Positions 47,389-56,834 of a DNA stretch of 64,000 nt are shown here, in pieces (positions within the stretch are counted from its first letter, which is position 1; every line of letters begins with the position of its first letter). The notes beneath the pieces are model-generated. The model was not told the origin of the DNA and searched no databases. It saw nothing but the letters and a program-made list of their open reading frames with translations. The DNA lies in contig DAOUEJ010000102.1 of the NCBI GenBank assembly GCA_034430615.1, positions 3,570 through 67,569 on the forward strand. Reading direction: 5' to 3'. The position numbers and the translations under genes are program-made. The stretch is from Anaerolineales bacterium. GTDB lineage: Bacteria > Chloroflexota > Anaerolineae > Anaerolineales > E44-bin32.

Positions 47389-48501
47389 TTGGCCACTGTT
47401 TACCCCTTCAGTGCTATCGTTGGCCAGGACCGGATGCGGCGTGCGTTGATACTGAACGCCGTCAACCCGCGCATCGGCGGGGTCCTCATTCGCGGCGAAC
47501 GCGGAACCGCCAAATCGACCGCCGCGCGCGGCCTGGCCGCCTTGCTTCCGGAAGTCGAGGTCGTAGCCGACTGCCGTTTCGGGTGCGACCCAGCGAAGCC
47601 CACCCAATACTGCACCGAATGCAAGGAGCGCATCGAGCGGGGTGAAACCCTTCCGGTGGAAATCCGCACAACTTCATTTGTGGACCTACCGGTATCGGCC
47701 ACTGAAGATCGCGTCGTCGGTACGCTGGATATCGAACGCGCCATCAAAGAAGGCGAGCGTCATTTCGAGCCCGGCGTTCTCGCTGCAGCGAACCGCGGTT
47801 TGTTATACATCGACGAAGTCAATCTGTTAGATGACCACGTCGTTGACCTACTCCTCGATTCGGCTGCGCTTGGAATGAACATCGTTGAACGGGAAGGGAT
47901 TTCCTTCAGCCATCCTTCTCGCTACATCCTTGTGGGCACAATGAACCCCGAGGAAGGCGATTTGCGCCCACAGCTCCTGGATCGTTTTGCGCTTTCGGTC
48001 GAGATCCACGGCCTGCATCAGGCGCAGGACCGGGTCGCTATTATGGAGCGCAACCTGGCCTTCGAAGCGGATCCTGTTGCCTTCCGAGAACAATGGCTCG
48101 AGCACGAACTTTCGCTTTCGAATGAAATCGAAGCTGCCCGGGAGATACTCGGGGGTGTCCGCTACAGCAAGCAGGATCTCCTCTCCATTGCTGCACTGAC
48201 CTCCTCTATGCACGTGGACGGCCACCGGGCGGACCTGGTGATCCTCAAAGCTGCCCGAGCGCACGCTGCCTTTGAAGGGCGGGACAGTATCAGCCAGCGT
48301 GATATCGCTCTCGCCGCAGAGCTGGCACTCCCGCATCGCATCCGGCGTGGCCCATTCCAGCAGGTCGAGGTGCATATCGATGACCTGCAGTCCCGCATCG
48401 AACAATTCCAATCCGACTTCGAAGGGGGCGAGCAGCTAAGCGAACCCGACTCCGGCGAAGAGGATCCCCAGGCTAAAAAAAAAGGCCCCAAACCCGCCTA
48501 G
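47389..48501 (+). CDS. ChlI/BchI-like AAA+ chelatase ATPase subunit
   Basis: YPFSAIVGQDRMRRALILNAVNPRIGGVLIRGERGTAKST, LLYIDEVNLL and GTMNPEEGDLRPQLLDRF motifs. TTG start with GGAG SD. Confidence 0.85.
   Translation: MATVYPFSAIVGQDRMRRALILNAVNPRIGGVLIRGERGTAKSTAARGLAALLPEVEVVADCRFGCDPAKPTQYCTECKERIERGETLPVEIRTTSFVDLPVSATEDRVVGTLDIERAIKEGERHFEPGVLAAANRGLLYIDEVNLLDDHVVDLLLDSAALGMNIVEREGISFSHPSRYILVGTMNPEEGDLRPQLLDRFALSVEIHGLHQAQDRVAIMERNLAFEADPVAFREQWLEHELSLSNEIEAAREILGGVRYSKQDLLSIAALTSSMHVDGHRADLVILKAARAHAAFEGRDSISQRDIALAAELALPHRIRRGPFQQVEVHIDDLQSRIEQFQSDFEGGEQLSEPDSGEEDPQAKKKGPKPA
48475..48483 (+). other. A9 homopolymer at the 3' end of the ChlI-like ORF; candidate -1 frameshift or transcriptional slippage site
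   Basis: GCT AAA AAA AAA GGC. It is the longest homopolymer I noticed in this high-GC window. The -1 frame opens exactly here (its last stop TAA is 48474-48476) and runs into the VWA ORF. Confidence 0.35.
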
Positions 48502-48572
48502 CGCAGGATGAAAGCGAAGAAGGCGAAGAACGCGGCATTGTCGAGCCGACCCGGCAGGCCGTCAACGAATCC

Positions 48573-49466
48573 TTGAACGCCCGTTGGTGGGAGGGCGGAG
48601 ACAAGGTCCGGGTCGGGAAATCCTTTGTCCCCAGGCGCATCGAAGGCCAGATCGATCGCCTCACCCGGCGCCAGTCCGGCCGGCGCACCCGCACCCGCTC
48701 AGACCAGAAGCGTGGCCGTTACATCCAGGCCCGGCCTGCCTACGAACGAACGAGTGATATCGCCTTCGATGCAACCATCCGCGCTGCTGCCCCGCACCAG
48801 CGCGAGCGCGAGGAGCAGCGCAAGCGGGTTTCGTTTGCCATTTTACCAACCGACCTGCAGCGCAAGGTCCGGGTTCGCAAGGCAGCCAACCTGGTGCTGT
48901 TTGTCGTCGACGCCTCCTGGTCCATGGCTGTCGCTGAACGCATGTCGGCGACCAAAGGCGCGATTCTCTCCTTGCTCACCGATGCCTACCAGCGCCGAGA
49001 TCGGGTGGGTTTAATCGTATTCCAGAAAGATCGTGCTATTACGATCCTGCCTCCGACGAACTCAGTTCAACTTGCTCAACGCGCTCTTGTGGACATCCCG
49101 GTAGGCGGGAAGACCCCGCTTTCGGCTGGGTTGAGCCTGGCCTATGAAATCTTCCGTAAGGAACGGTTGATCCATCCCGACGTCCTGCCGCTGATGATCC
49201 TTCTCACCGATGGCGCCGGGAATGTTGCCATGGGAGCCCAACCCCCACAGGAAGAAGCTCATCGCATCGCCGACCAGATCCGCGAGGCGAAGATCCGCGC
49301 GGTCGTGATCAACATGGAGCACGCCGCCTTCGATCAGGGCCTGGCGCAGAATCTGGCTGACCGCCTGGGTGGGGCCTGCTATACCCTGCAAGAACTGCGT
49401 GCCGAACATCTCTATCAGGCCGTTCGGCAGGAACTCGATGAGGGTCTGGCAAACACTTCGTCGTGA
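48573..49466 (+). CDS. VWA-domain protein equivalent to the C-terminal half of ChlD/BchD
   Basis: GRRTRTRSDQKRGRYIQARP followed by the MIDAS-type VFVVDASWSMA...GGKTPL...LLTDGAGN. The only in-frame start is TTG 48573, which has no SD. The frame is open upstream to 48477. Confidence 0.78.
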   Translation: MNARWWEGGDKVRVGKSFVPRRIEGQIDRLTRRQSGRRTRTRSDQKRGRYIQARPAYERTSDIAFDATIRAAAPHQREREEQRKRVSFAILPTDLQRKVRVRKAANLVLFVVDASWSMAVAERMSATKGAILSLLTDAYQRRDRVGLIVFQKDRAITILPPTNSVQLAQRALVDIPVGGKTPLSAGLSLAYEIFRKERLIHPDVLPLMILLTDGAGNVAMGAQPPQEEAHRIADQIREAKIRAVVINMEHAAFDQGLAQNLADRLGGACYTLQELRAEHLYQAVRQELDEGLANTSS

Positions 49467-49739
49467 CCTCTTGCTCTCTACTTGCCTCTTGCCAAACCCA
49501 TGCGCCAAGTTGCAACCCTGCAATCACAGCCAGTTGTGAAGGGATCTGGAGTGCCGTGAATTTGCCGCCCGTAAGCAGCTTCGCGGCTTGATGCTCTTCA
49601 CCAGTTGGACCTCAATAAATTCAGGTAGCACAATCAGCAGGGACCTGCAAAATCATTCGAGCATGACCTCGTGGGGAGTGTTGATGAGGTGGCTAGGGTG
49701 ATTGTGGAATTGAAAGCAGTAAGAACGTTTCGTCCTTGC

Positions 49740-50993
49740 TCATTCCGCGTCGAGCTTACGGTTGAGACGCCGTAGTCTATGCTCGATCGCCTCCCACATT
49801 TGGTCCCGCCGCCAGGTTGCAGGCCAGTGGCTCAGGCACAGCAGTGCGCTGTCCGCCCACTCGCGCGCCCGGCCCAGATCCGTGTTGTGCCACTCAAAAT
49901 ACTTGGCAAGCTCGATGCATGGTGAAGGATCATCCGGCGCCAGCTCATTCCATAGCATCCAATGAGTAACGGCTTCCTCGCGCCGGTCCTTGCGTTTGAG
50001 GTATGCGCTGAAATGTCGCAGGGCATCGATCCGGAATTCTGTTTTTTTCGCCCCCAAGGCCGCCCGGAATGCCGCTTCCGCAGAGTTCGACCGACCACGT
50101 TCCTGCTGCCAGCGTGCAACCCCAAGCGCCTCCGAGCCGGATAAATCCGAGATTCCGTCCGGCCGATGACGCTTCAGGATTTCTCCCGTTAGTGAGACCA
50201 GGCTGAGGATGTCCAACGCGTTGTGGTAGACCACGCGCTGCATCTCAGCCGCATCCCCCGTCCGCAGGTAATCAACATACATCCCGGGGATCAGTGCTCC
50301 AGGCACATCCTGCTCGGAGCGTTGGACGCCGAGCACTTCTCTCTCGAGCGTACCTAAGCGACAATCGCTGAGTGCGCTGCGCCACAGGCGGCGAGCCGGG
50401 TAGAGCAGGTCGAGATGAGGCCAGGAATTCAAACCGGAAGAAGCGCGCATGCCCAACTGGAAGCGCATATCGAGCAGCGGGATATCAAAGTTGCGCCCAT
50501 TAAAAGTGACAAAGGCCCGGCCCTCGTCCAGTTTTGCCTGGAGGGCTTCGAGCATCGCTTGTTCCTGTGCGGGATCACGCAGGAAGAACTGATGTAGCAG
50601 GAATCCGTCCTGCTTGAATTGCCCGATCCCAACCAGGAACACAACCGTACCAGCCCCACCAGCCAGCCCGGTGGTTTCTGTATCTACAAACAGGAGTTCG
50701 CTGCGATCGACAGTATTGAGCGAGGCGTCACGGGCGACATCTGCCGCGAGCTCAGCCTCGAATTCGAAAGTATCAACGAGGGAGACTTTCCCATGTTTGT
50801 GATTGGCGGTGTAGATCTCTTCAATCAAGTATGCCGGACCGGATGATGTTTGGACTGGTTTACCCAACTGGCGGCCTTCACTGGAAATGGGAAGCAGGGG
50901 AGCTTCGTTAGGCGCAGCTTGCCTTCTACCTCCCAGCCGGCGCAAGCGTTGGTGCAGACGCTTGGTTCTATCCTGGTCGCCAGTCTCGGACAT
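49740..50993 (-). CDS. RNase H-fold (YprB/DnaQ-like) exonuclease domain protein with TPR-like C-terminus
   Basis: LLFVDTETTGLAGGAGTVVFLVGIG and FVTFNGRNFDIPLL exonuclease motifs. Helical-repeat C-terminus. Confidence 0.7.
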   Translation of the reverse strand: MSETGDQDRTKRLHQRLRRLGGRRQAAPNEAPLLPISSEGRQLGKPVQTSSGPAYLIEEIYTANHKHGKVSLVDTFEFEAELAADVARDASLNTVDRSELLFVDTETTGLAGGAGTVVFLVGIGQFKQDGFLLHQFFLRDPAQEQAMLEALQAKLDEGRAFVTFNGRNFDIPLLDMRFQLGMRASSGLNSWPHLDLLYPARRLWRSALSDCRLGTLEREVLGVQRSEQDVPGALIPGMYVDYLRTGDAAEMQRVVYHNALDILSLVSLTGEILKRHRPDGISDLSGSEALGVARWQQERGRSNSAEAAFRAALGAKKTEFRIDALRHFSAYLKRKDRREEAVTHWMLWNELAPDDPSPCIELAKYFEWHNTDLGRAREWADSALLCLSHWPATWRRDQMWEAIEHRLRRLNRKLDAE

Positions 50994-51299
50994 GCCTGGT
51001 TCGCCCTACTCTTCCATCCAATTGATCTGGACAAATGTGTGGAATATCGGCCGATAACTTTGCTTATGAAGAAAGTCACGCGCCCCCAATGACCTTCAAC
51101 ATTACCCGGGTTTCGCGCCTGCAAGTATTATAACGCTCGGAGACGAGAGACGGGGCACCCCTACGCTCATCGCTGTCTCCTCCTTTGGCGAAGGCCTCCG
51201 CCGGGTTACCCCCCCTCACCGCCCCGGCGGAGGCGCCTTTTAACCCAGAGCGCGCAGTCCGATTGGAATGCGCGTTTTGCTTTTAATGCAAGCTTGCGA

Positions 51300-53255
51300 T
51301 CAGTTGGTGAGTGCGGGGAGCACCAGGGTGAAGGTTGCCCCCTGGCCGATTTTCGACTCGACCCAGATCCGGCCCTGGTGCTGTTCAACGATCGACTTGA
51401 CGATGGATAACCCCAGCCCTGTGCCCGAGATGTCACGCGGCACATTGCTCGCCCGGTAGAACTTATCAAAGAGGTAGGGTTGATCCCCGGCAGGGATGCC
51501 AACCCCGCTGTCAGTGATGCGCAGGATGAGCTGGTCGTCCTCGACCGAGGCTTCAAGACGGACGGTGCCACCGGCCGGTGTGTACTTGATGGCATTCTCG
51601 AGCAAATTCCCGATCATCTGGCGTAAGCGAATCGGATCGCCGTGCACCATTGGGAGATCCTCGGCGATCTGGATTCCGAGCTCAACTTCCTTCGAGCTCG
51701 CCAGAGCCGCCAGACCCTGGACGGCGTATTGGGCGAGGACCGCCAGGGGTGTGTCTTCCATGGCTGTGTCCAGACCGGCCTCGATACGCCCGAGATCAAG
51801 CAAATCCGTCACCAGTTCCGCAATTTGCTCCACGCTGAGGCGAACCCGGCGCAAGAAATCCTGCTGCTCACCAGTGAGCTCACCTGCTCGATCAATAAGC
51901 TCGACGTAGCCCAGGATAGCAGTCAATGGTGAACGAAGGTCATGCGAAACTGTGGTAACAAACTCGGATTTAATCCGGTCAAGTTCTTTCAGGTGTGTGA
52001 TGTCATGCAATACGACGGTTTGACCAATACCCCGGATGGGCGTCCGGGTGGCGTGAAAGATACGACCATTCTGAAGCGCGATCTCATCATCACGGTAACC
52101 ACCGTCAACCTCGCGTAAGAGTTCCAACAGACGAGGTTCATCGAAGGCTTCGGCCGCGGACAGCCCCGTGCAGTCATTGTCAATGTTGAAAAGAGCTTGT
52201 GCGGTGGGGCTGATCAGCAAGATCCGGTTTTCTGTATCAACCACAATAACCCCGATTTCCGATTGATTCAGGATCGTCTCCAACTCACGATGGTGTCCAT
52301 CCAGCCTGCCGTATAGCTGCGCATTCTCAATCGCGATCGCGGCAAAATCCGCCATCGATGTCAGCAAGCGTACATCCTGCTCACCCAACGGCCGGTCCGC
52401 TTTGCGGTTATCCACGCCGAGCACGCCAATGATCCTGCCATGTACACGCAGTGGGACATAAATCAGGGTATGTACGAGGTATGCGGTCTTGATCTTCTGC
52501 GGAGAACTCTGATCCAACAGGATCGGCTCGCCGCTCTCAAGCACGGTACCAGCAAGCGAATCGCGCACCTGCAGGCGGAAGGTGCGCGCAAAATCGTCAT
52601 CGAAATTCTTCGAGGCGCGCATGGCAAGCTCGCCACTATCCGGATCGAGCAGGAGCAGGCTGCCTTCCTCTGCCCCGGTCAGTCGTACCGATTCCTCAAC
52701 CACGATTGTCAGCACATGGTCGAGATCGAGCTCGGAGGTTACTGCCCGGGCACTGCGGGCCAGGGCTTCTAGTTCGTTGACCCGCTTCTCCAGCCGCCCA
52801 TTCCCCCGGACCGGGTTAATTTCCGCTCCGGCAGACAGTTCAGAGCGAGCGCTGCGTGCTAAACCTCGTTCAATCGCGGACAGCATCTGTTCTGGCTCGA
52901 ATGGCTTGGTGAGGAAATCTACTACCCCTGCCCGGAGCGCTTCCAACAACAGGCCCTTGGTCGATTCGCTCGACATCATGATCACCGGGATTTGGGGCAG
53001 ATCACGCCCAAGCCTCTGCGTCAGCTCAAGACCCGTGAGGTTGGGCATTTGATGATCGGTGATGACCAGCCGCGGCAGCAGTTCATGGGCCAGCGCCAGC
53101 GCCGACATCCCATCCCCGACTGAATGGACCCGGTATCCAGCAGGTACGAGAATGTCTTCTTCCAGGAAGCGCCGGACTTCTGCATTATCTTCCGCGACAA
53201 GGATCAGGTCACCACGCGTGGCAACCCCGGATAGCTCGGGTAAAGTTTTACTCAT
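51300..53255 (-). CDS. Hybrid sensor histidine kinase (REC-GAF-PAS-HisKA-HATPase)
   Basis: N-terminal receiver domain (LVAEDN...ITDHQMP). H-box VSHDLRSPLT. N, G1 and G2 boxes (NLLENAIKYTP, DSGVGI, GTGLGLSI). Confidence 0.88.
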   Translation of the reverse strand: MSKTLPELSGVATRGDLILVAEDNAEVRRFLEEDILVPAGYRVHSVGDGMSALALAHELLPRLVITDHQMPNLTGLELTQRLGRDLPQIPVIMMSSESTKGLLLEALRAGVVDFLTKPFEPEQMLSAIERGLARSARSELSAGAEINPVRGNGRLEKRVNELEALARSARAVTSELDLDHVLTIVVEESVRLTGAEEGSLLLLDPDSGELAMRASKNFDDDFARTFRLQVRDSLAGTVLESGEPILLDQSSPQKIKTAYLVHTLIYVPLRVHGRIIGVLGVDNRKADRPLGEQDVRLLTSMADFAAIAIENAQLYGRLDGHHRELETILNQSEIGVIVVDTENRILLISPTAQALFNIDNDCTGLSAAEAFDEPRLLELLREVDGGYRDDEIALQNGRIFHATRTPIRGIGQTVVLHDITHLKELDRIKSEFVTTVSHDLRSPLTAILGYVELIDRAGELTGEQQDFLRRVRLSVEQIAELVTDLLDLGRIEAGLDTAMEDTPLAVLAQYAVQGLAALASSKEVELGIQIAEDLPMVHGDPIRLRQMIGNLLENAIKYTPAGGTVRLEASVEDDQLILRITDSGVGIPAGDQPYLFDKFYRASNVPRDISGTGLGLSIVKSIVEQHQGRIWVESKIGQGATFTLVLPALTN

Positions 53256-53301
53256 AGGGTTCTTCGGAAAACCGATAGCCGCCGTGGTTGGAGGAACATG
53301 G

Positions 53302-54468
53302 TCATGCTTGCGAATCCTTCGGAGAATTAGCCTTAGAGAGCTTCTCCAGGATCGCGTCCAGATCCTCCTGGATAGTTGTAAGACGGCCTTTCTCCGGCAT
53401 CTCCTTGTTTTCGTTCATCATCGTCGCCAGTTCAGCCTGTGCTGCGCGAACGCTGCGGTGCACATCGCTGAGCAAGCGAGGATCCGCTTCGCCCTCGATA
53501 TCTCCCTGGATTTGCTGCTCAAGGCGCTGAGCGCGTGCTTCCAATGCCTGGAACAACCGGGCGTTTACTAACGAGATGGAAGCGTAATCGGCGACTGCCT
53601 CCAGCATCGCAAGCTGTCGTTCCGTAAATGGCCGCGCAGCAGTCCTGGCGACCGCGATCACACCGATCGGGCGATCCTTGACTTTGATCGGGGCGATCAA
53701 TGCCGCCGCAGCGAAGTGCGAAAGCTTGAATTTGCTCAAGCCCTCACCGTGAATCGCCAGCGCCTCGCCTGAAAGCATGACCAGTGAGCTCACCCCGTCA
53801 TCCCAGGGTTGATGGACCTTCGCCGATACGCCAGCTGGTAAACCATGCTCTGCCCGCAGGTAGAGCGCATCGGACTCTTCCGAACGCAGCAGGACCCAGC
53901 CCATGTCGGCTTCGGCGACGTACAGGCTGCCCTCCATGAGTTTGTTGAAGAGCTGTCCTTGATGCGTGGTGGAGGTGACCGTTTTGCCCAGACCGAAGAG
54001 TGTCGTCAGTTCGCGCACACGTCTCTCGAGCTGGCGGTTGCTTTCAGCCAGTTGTTCCGCCAGCTGCCGGTGCTCACGCCGTAAGCGTATCTCCATAATC
54101 ACGCGTTCAAGCGCCGCGATCACCTCCGCTTCACGCAGAGGTTTGACTAGGTAATCATGGGCACCTAAACGAAAGGCCTGGATCGCATCAGCTTCCATGC
54201 CCTTTTTAGTGGTGACGATCATAGGAACATCCGTGCCTTGTGAACGGAGCGCAACCAGCAGGTCCTTGCCGCTCAAACCGGGCAAGGTAAGGCTGGCAAT
54301 GATCAGATCGGGGCCAAACTGGAGAGCTTTCTGAATCGCCGCACCCGCTTCGCTGGCCGTCACGACTTGATACCCCTGGGGTGTCAGGACCTGACGCGAA
54401 AGCAAATCCAACGTATCGGGATCTTCATCCACTACGAGGATCCGTTCTAGGCGGATAATGTCCATCAT
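53302..54468 (-). CDS. Response-regulator receiver plus GAF domain protein with coiled-coil tail
   Basis: ILVVDEDPD...IIASLTLPGLSG...YLVKP receiver motifs. A GAF-like middle region follows. Confidence 0.8.
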   Translation of the reverse strand: MMDIIRLERILVVDEDPDTLDLLSRQVLTPQGYQVVTASEAGAAIQKALQFGPDLIIASLTLPGLSGKDLLVALRSQGTDVPMIVTTKKGMEADAIQAFRLGAHDYLVKPLREAEVIAALERVIMEIRLRREHRQLAEQLAESNRQLERRVRELTTLFGLGKTVTSTTHQGQLFNKLMEGSLYVAEADMGWVLLRSEESDALYLRAEHGLPAGVSAKVHQPWDDGVSSLVMLSGEALAIHGEGLSKFKLSHFAAAALIAPIKVKDRPIGVIAVARTAARPFTERQLAMLEAVADYASISLVNARLFQALEARAQRLEQQIQGDIEGEADPRLLSDVHRSVRAAQAELATMMNENKEMPEKGRLTTIQEDLDAILEKLSKANSPKDSQA

Positions 54469-54617
54469 ATGGCTATGATAGCACGGATTGAGATGGCCCC
54501 TCCCTCCTACGCTAGTCCCCCGACTCGAGGTCAGGGCGTGTTAGAATCTGACCAGATCACGCCTGTCAGAGATCCGCTCTGCCAAAACTAGGCCCCGCGT
54601 GAGGGAACCGAAGGTCA

Positions 54618-55535
54618 ATGGAATATAAGGATTATTACAAGATCCTGGGAGTCGAGCGGGGTGCCAAGGCCGATGAGATCAAACGCCAATACCGCAAACT
54701 GGCCTTGAAATACCACCCCGATAAGAACCCGGACGACCCGAAGTCAGAGAGCAAGTTCAAGGAGATAAACGAAGCCTATGAAGTCCTAGGGAATGCGGAA
54801 AAACGCGCCCGGTATGACCAATTGGGCACATCTTACCACGACTGGGAGCGCACTGGCGGACGTCCTGGTAATTTTGATTGGTCACAGTGGGCCGGTGGAT
54901 CTCCAGGGGGTGTACGGGTCGAGATGGGCGATCTGGGGGAAATGTTTGGAGGAGGGTTTTCCGACTTCTTCAACGCCATCTTCGGCGGGCTTGGATCTCA
55001 GCCCCAGTCCGCAGGCGGGACACGCGGCGGGCGTGGCCGTGATATCCAGCAGACAATCCAGATTTCGCTTGTGGAAGCATACCAGGGGACGACACGCTCC
55101 TTTCGCCTCGATGGGAAAACCATCGAAGTTAAGATCCCGCCCGGAGCGAAGACCGGGACCAAAGTTCGTGTTAGCGGCAAGGGTGAAAGCGGGCAGCGCA
55201 ATCGAGGCGACCTCTTCCTGGCCATCCGGGTCGAGGATGATCCCCGTTATGAACGCCGCGGAGACGATCTCCACACAAACGTTGAAGTCGACCTGTACAC
55301 GGCGGTGTTGGGCGGTGAAGTAAGCGTTTTGACCCCGGGCGGGGATGTTGTTCTCACCATCCCACCCGGGAGCCAGCCCGGACAGAGCTTCCGCCTAGCC
55401 AAACGCGGCATGCCTGCCTTGAAATCGAAAGGCCAGGGCGACCTGTTTGTACACATTGAGGTGAAACTGCCGGCGAAGTTGACCAATCGTGAACGTGAAC
55501 TCTTTGAGACGCTGGCCGGGGAAAAGAAATCCTGA
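54618..55535 (+). CDS. cbpA: DnaJ-class co-chaperone lacking the zinc finger (CbpA-like)
   Basis: J domain DYYKILGV...KYHPDKN, Gly-rich linker and DnaJ C-terminal domains. No CxxCxGxG repeats. Confidence 0.8.
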   Translation: MEYKDYYKILGVERGAKADEIKRQYRKLALKYHPDKNPDDPKSESKFKEINEAYEVLGNAEKRARYDQLGTSYHDWERTGGRPGNFDWSQWAGGSPGGVRVEMGDLGEMFGGGFSDFFNAIFGGLGSQPQSAGGTRGGRGRDIQQTIQISLVEAYQGTTRSFRLDGKTIEVKIPPGAKTGTKVRVSGKGESGQRNRGDLFLAIRVEDDPRYERRGDDLHTNVEVDLYTAVLGGEVSVLTPGGDVVLTIPPGSQPGQSFRLAKRGMPALKSKGQGDLFVHIEVKLPAKLTNRERELFETLAGEKKS

Positions 55536-55577
55536 GCAGGAACCGCTGCTCAATTCTTAATCAGAGGATAGGTAGTG

Positions 55578-56786
55578 ATGACCAAGAGAATATTTGGGTT
55601 GGTAAGCATCTCTCTCATGGCGGCAATCATTGCCTGCGGGTTCCAGTCCACACCCTCCACAGAACCCACATTGACCAGCAGCCCTACCCAACCGTCATCA
55701 TCTAATGAGGTGGAGACACCCACGGTTCTGACCCCAGGTATTAGCCAACCCTTCCTTGATGCATCGTATGATTTCTCAGCACTCTACGATATGACCAATC
55801 CCGGGGTTGTAACCATCTGGTCGTTCGAAGATCTTGGTGATGTCCACAGCGGATCGATCCCCACCGGACAGGGGTCAGGGTTCGTGATCGATCAAGAAGG
55901 CTACATCGTCACCAACCAGCACGTCGTGGATGGCGCCGATGAAATTGAGATCGATTTTGTATCAGGGGTAAAGGCATGGGCAGAATTGATCGGTACCGAC
56001 CCGGATTCGGATTTGGCTGTCCTCAAGGTATCCCTCCTTCCCGAGCAGCTCTTCCCATTGTCTCTAGGTGACTCAGACCAGGTGCGGGTCGGGAATGTGG
56101 TCGTCGCCATCGGCAACCCCTTTGGCCTATCAGGCACGATGACGGTCGGGATCGTCTCCGCCATCGGGCGTTCGCTTTCATCAGAGCGTGCCGCGCCGGG
56201 GATAAACCGGGTCTTCTCCGCCGGCGATCTGATCCAGACCGATGCCGCCATCAACCCCGGCAACTCCGGCGGACCCCTCCTGAACATCGCCGGTCAGGTG
56301 ATCGGTATCAACCGCGCCATCCAGACCGAATCCTTTACCGTGGACGGGAGTGCGGCCAATTCAGGCGTTGGGTTCGCCGTACCCGTGAACCTGCTCCGCC
56401 GGGTTGTTCCTGCCATCATCAACAATGGCAACACCAACTATCCATACCTTGGCGTAAGCAGTTTGAACGATGAGCTCTGGAACCTGAAGACGATTGAGGC
56501 GCTTGGTTTCACCAACATTACCTATGGAGCCTACATCACGGAAATTGTCCCGGGTGGGCCAGCAGATAAAGCAGGATTACGCGCTGGGACACGGGAAACT
56601 GCCATCCCTGGTCTGCTGGGCGGGGGTGACTTGATTATTGCCATCGATGGGCTTCCGGTCCGCCAATTTGATGATCTGCTCTCTTACTTGTTCAAGTCAA
56701 CCGAGGTAGGTCAAGATGTTTACCTGACCGTCGTTCGCGGCGTGGAGGAGGTGGAACTGACATTGACGATCGGTCCACGCCCTTGA
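55578..56786 (+). CDS. HtrA/DegP-family serine protease with PDZ domain (lipoprotein signal)
   Basis: Lipobox AAIIACG. Catalytic motifs TNQHVV, DLAVLK and GNSGGPLLN. C-terminal PDZ domain. Confidence 0.88.
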   Translation: MTKRIFGLVSISLMAAIIACGFQSTPSTEPTLTSSPTQPSSSNEVETPTVLTPGISQPFLDASYDFSALYDMTNPGVVTIWSFEDLGDVHSGSIPTGQGSGFVIDQEGYIVTNQHVVDGADEIEIDFVSGVKAWAELIGTDPDSDLAVLKVSLLPEQLFPLSLGDSDQVRVGNVVVAIGNPFGLSGTMTVGIVSAIGRSLSSERAAPGINRVFSAGDLIQTDAAINPGNSGGPLLNIAGQVIGINRAIQTESFTVDGSAANSGVGFAVPVNLLRRVVPAIINNGNTNYPYLGVSSLNDELWNLKTIEALGFTNITYGAYITEIVPGGPADKAGLRAGTRETAIPGLLGGGDLIIAIDGLPVRQFDDLLSYLFKSTEVGQDVYLTVVRGVEEVELTLTIGPRP

Positions 56787-56834
56787 ACCTGCCGTCCGCG
56801 CGAGGTGGAATTCTGGACCTACAGGAGGCTCGCC

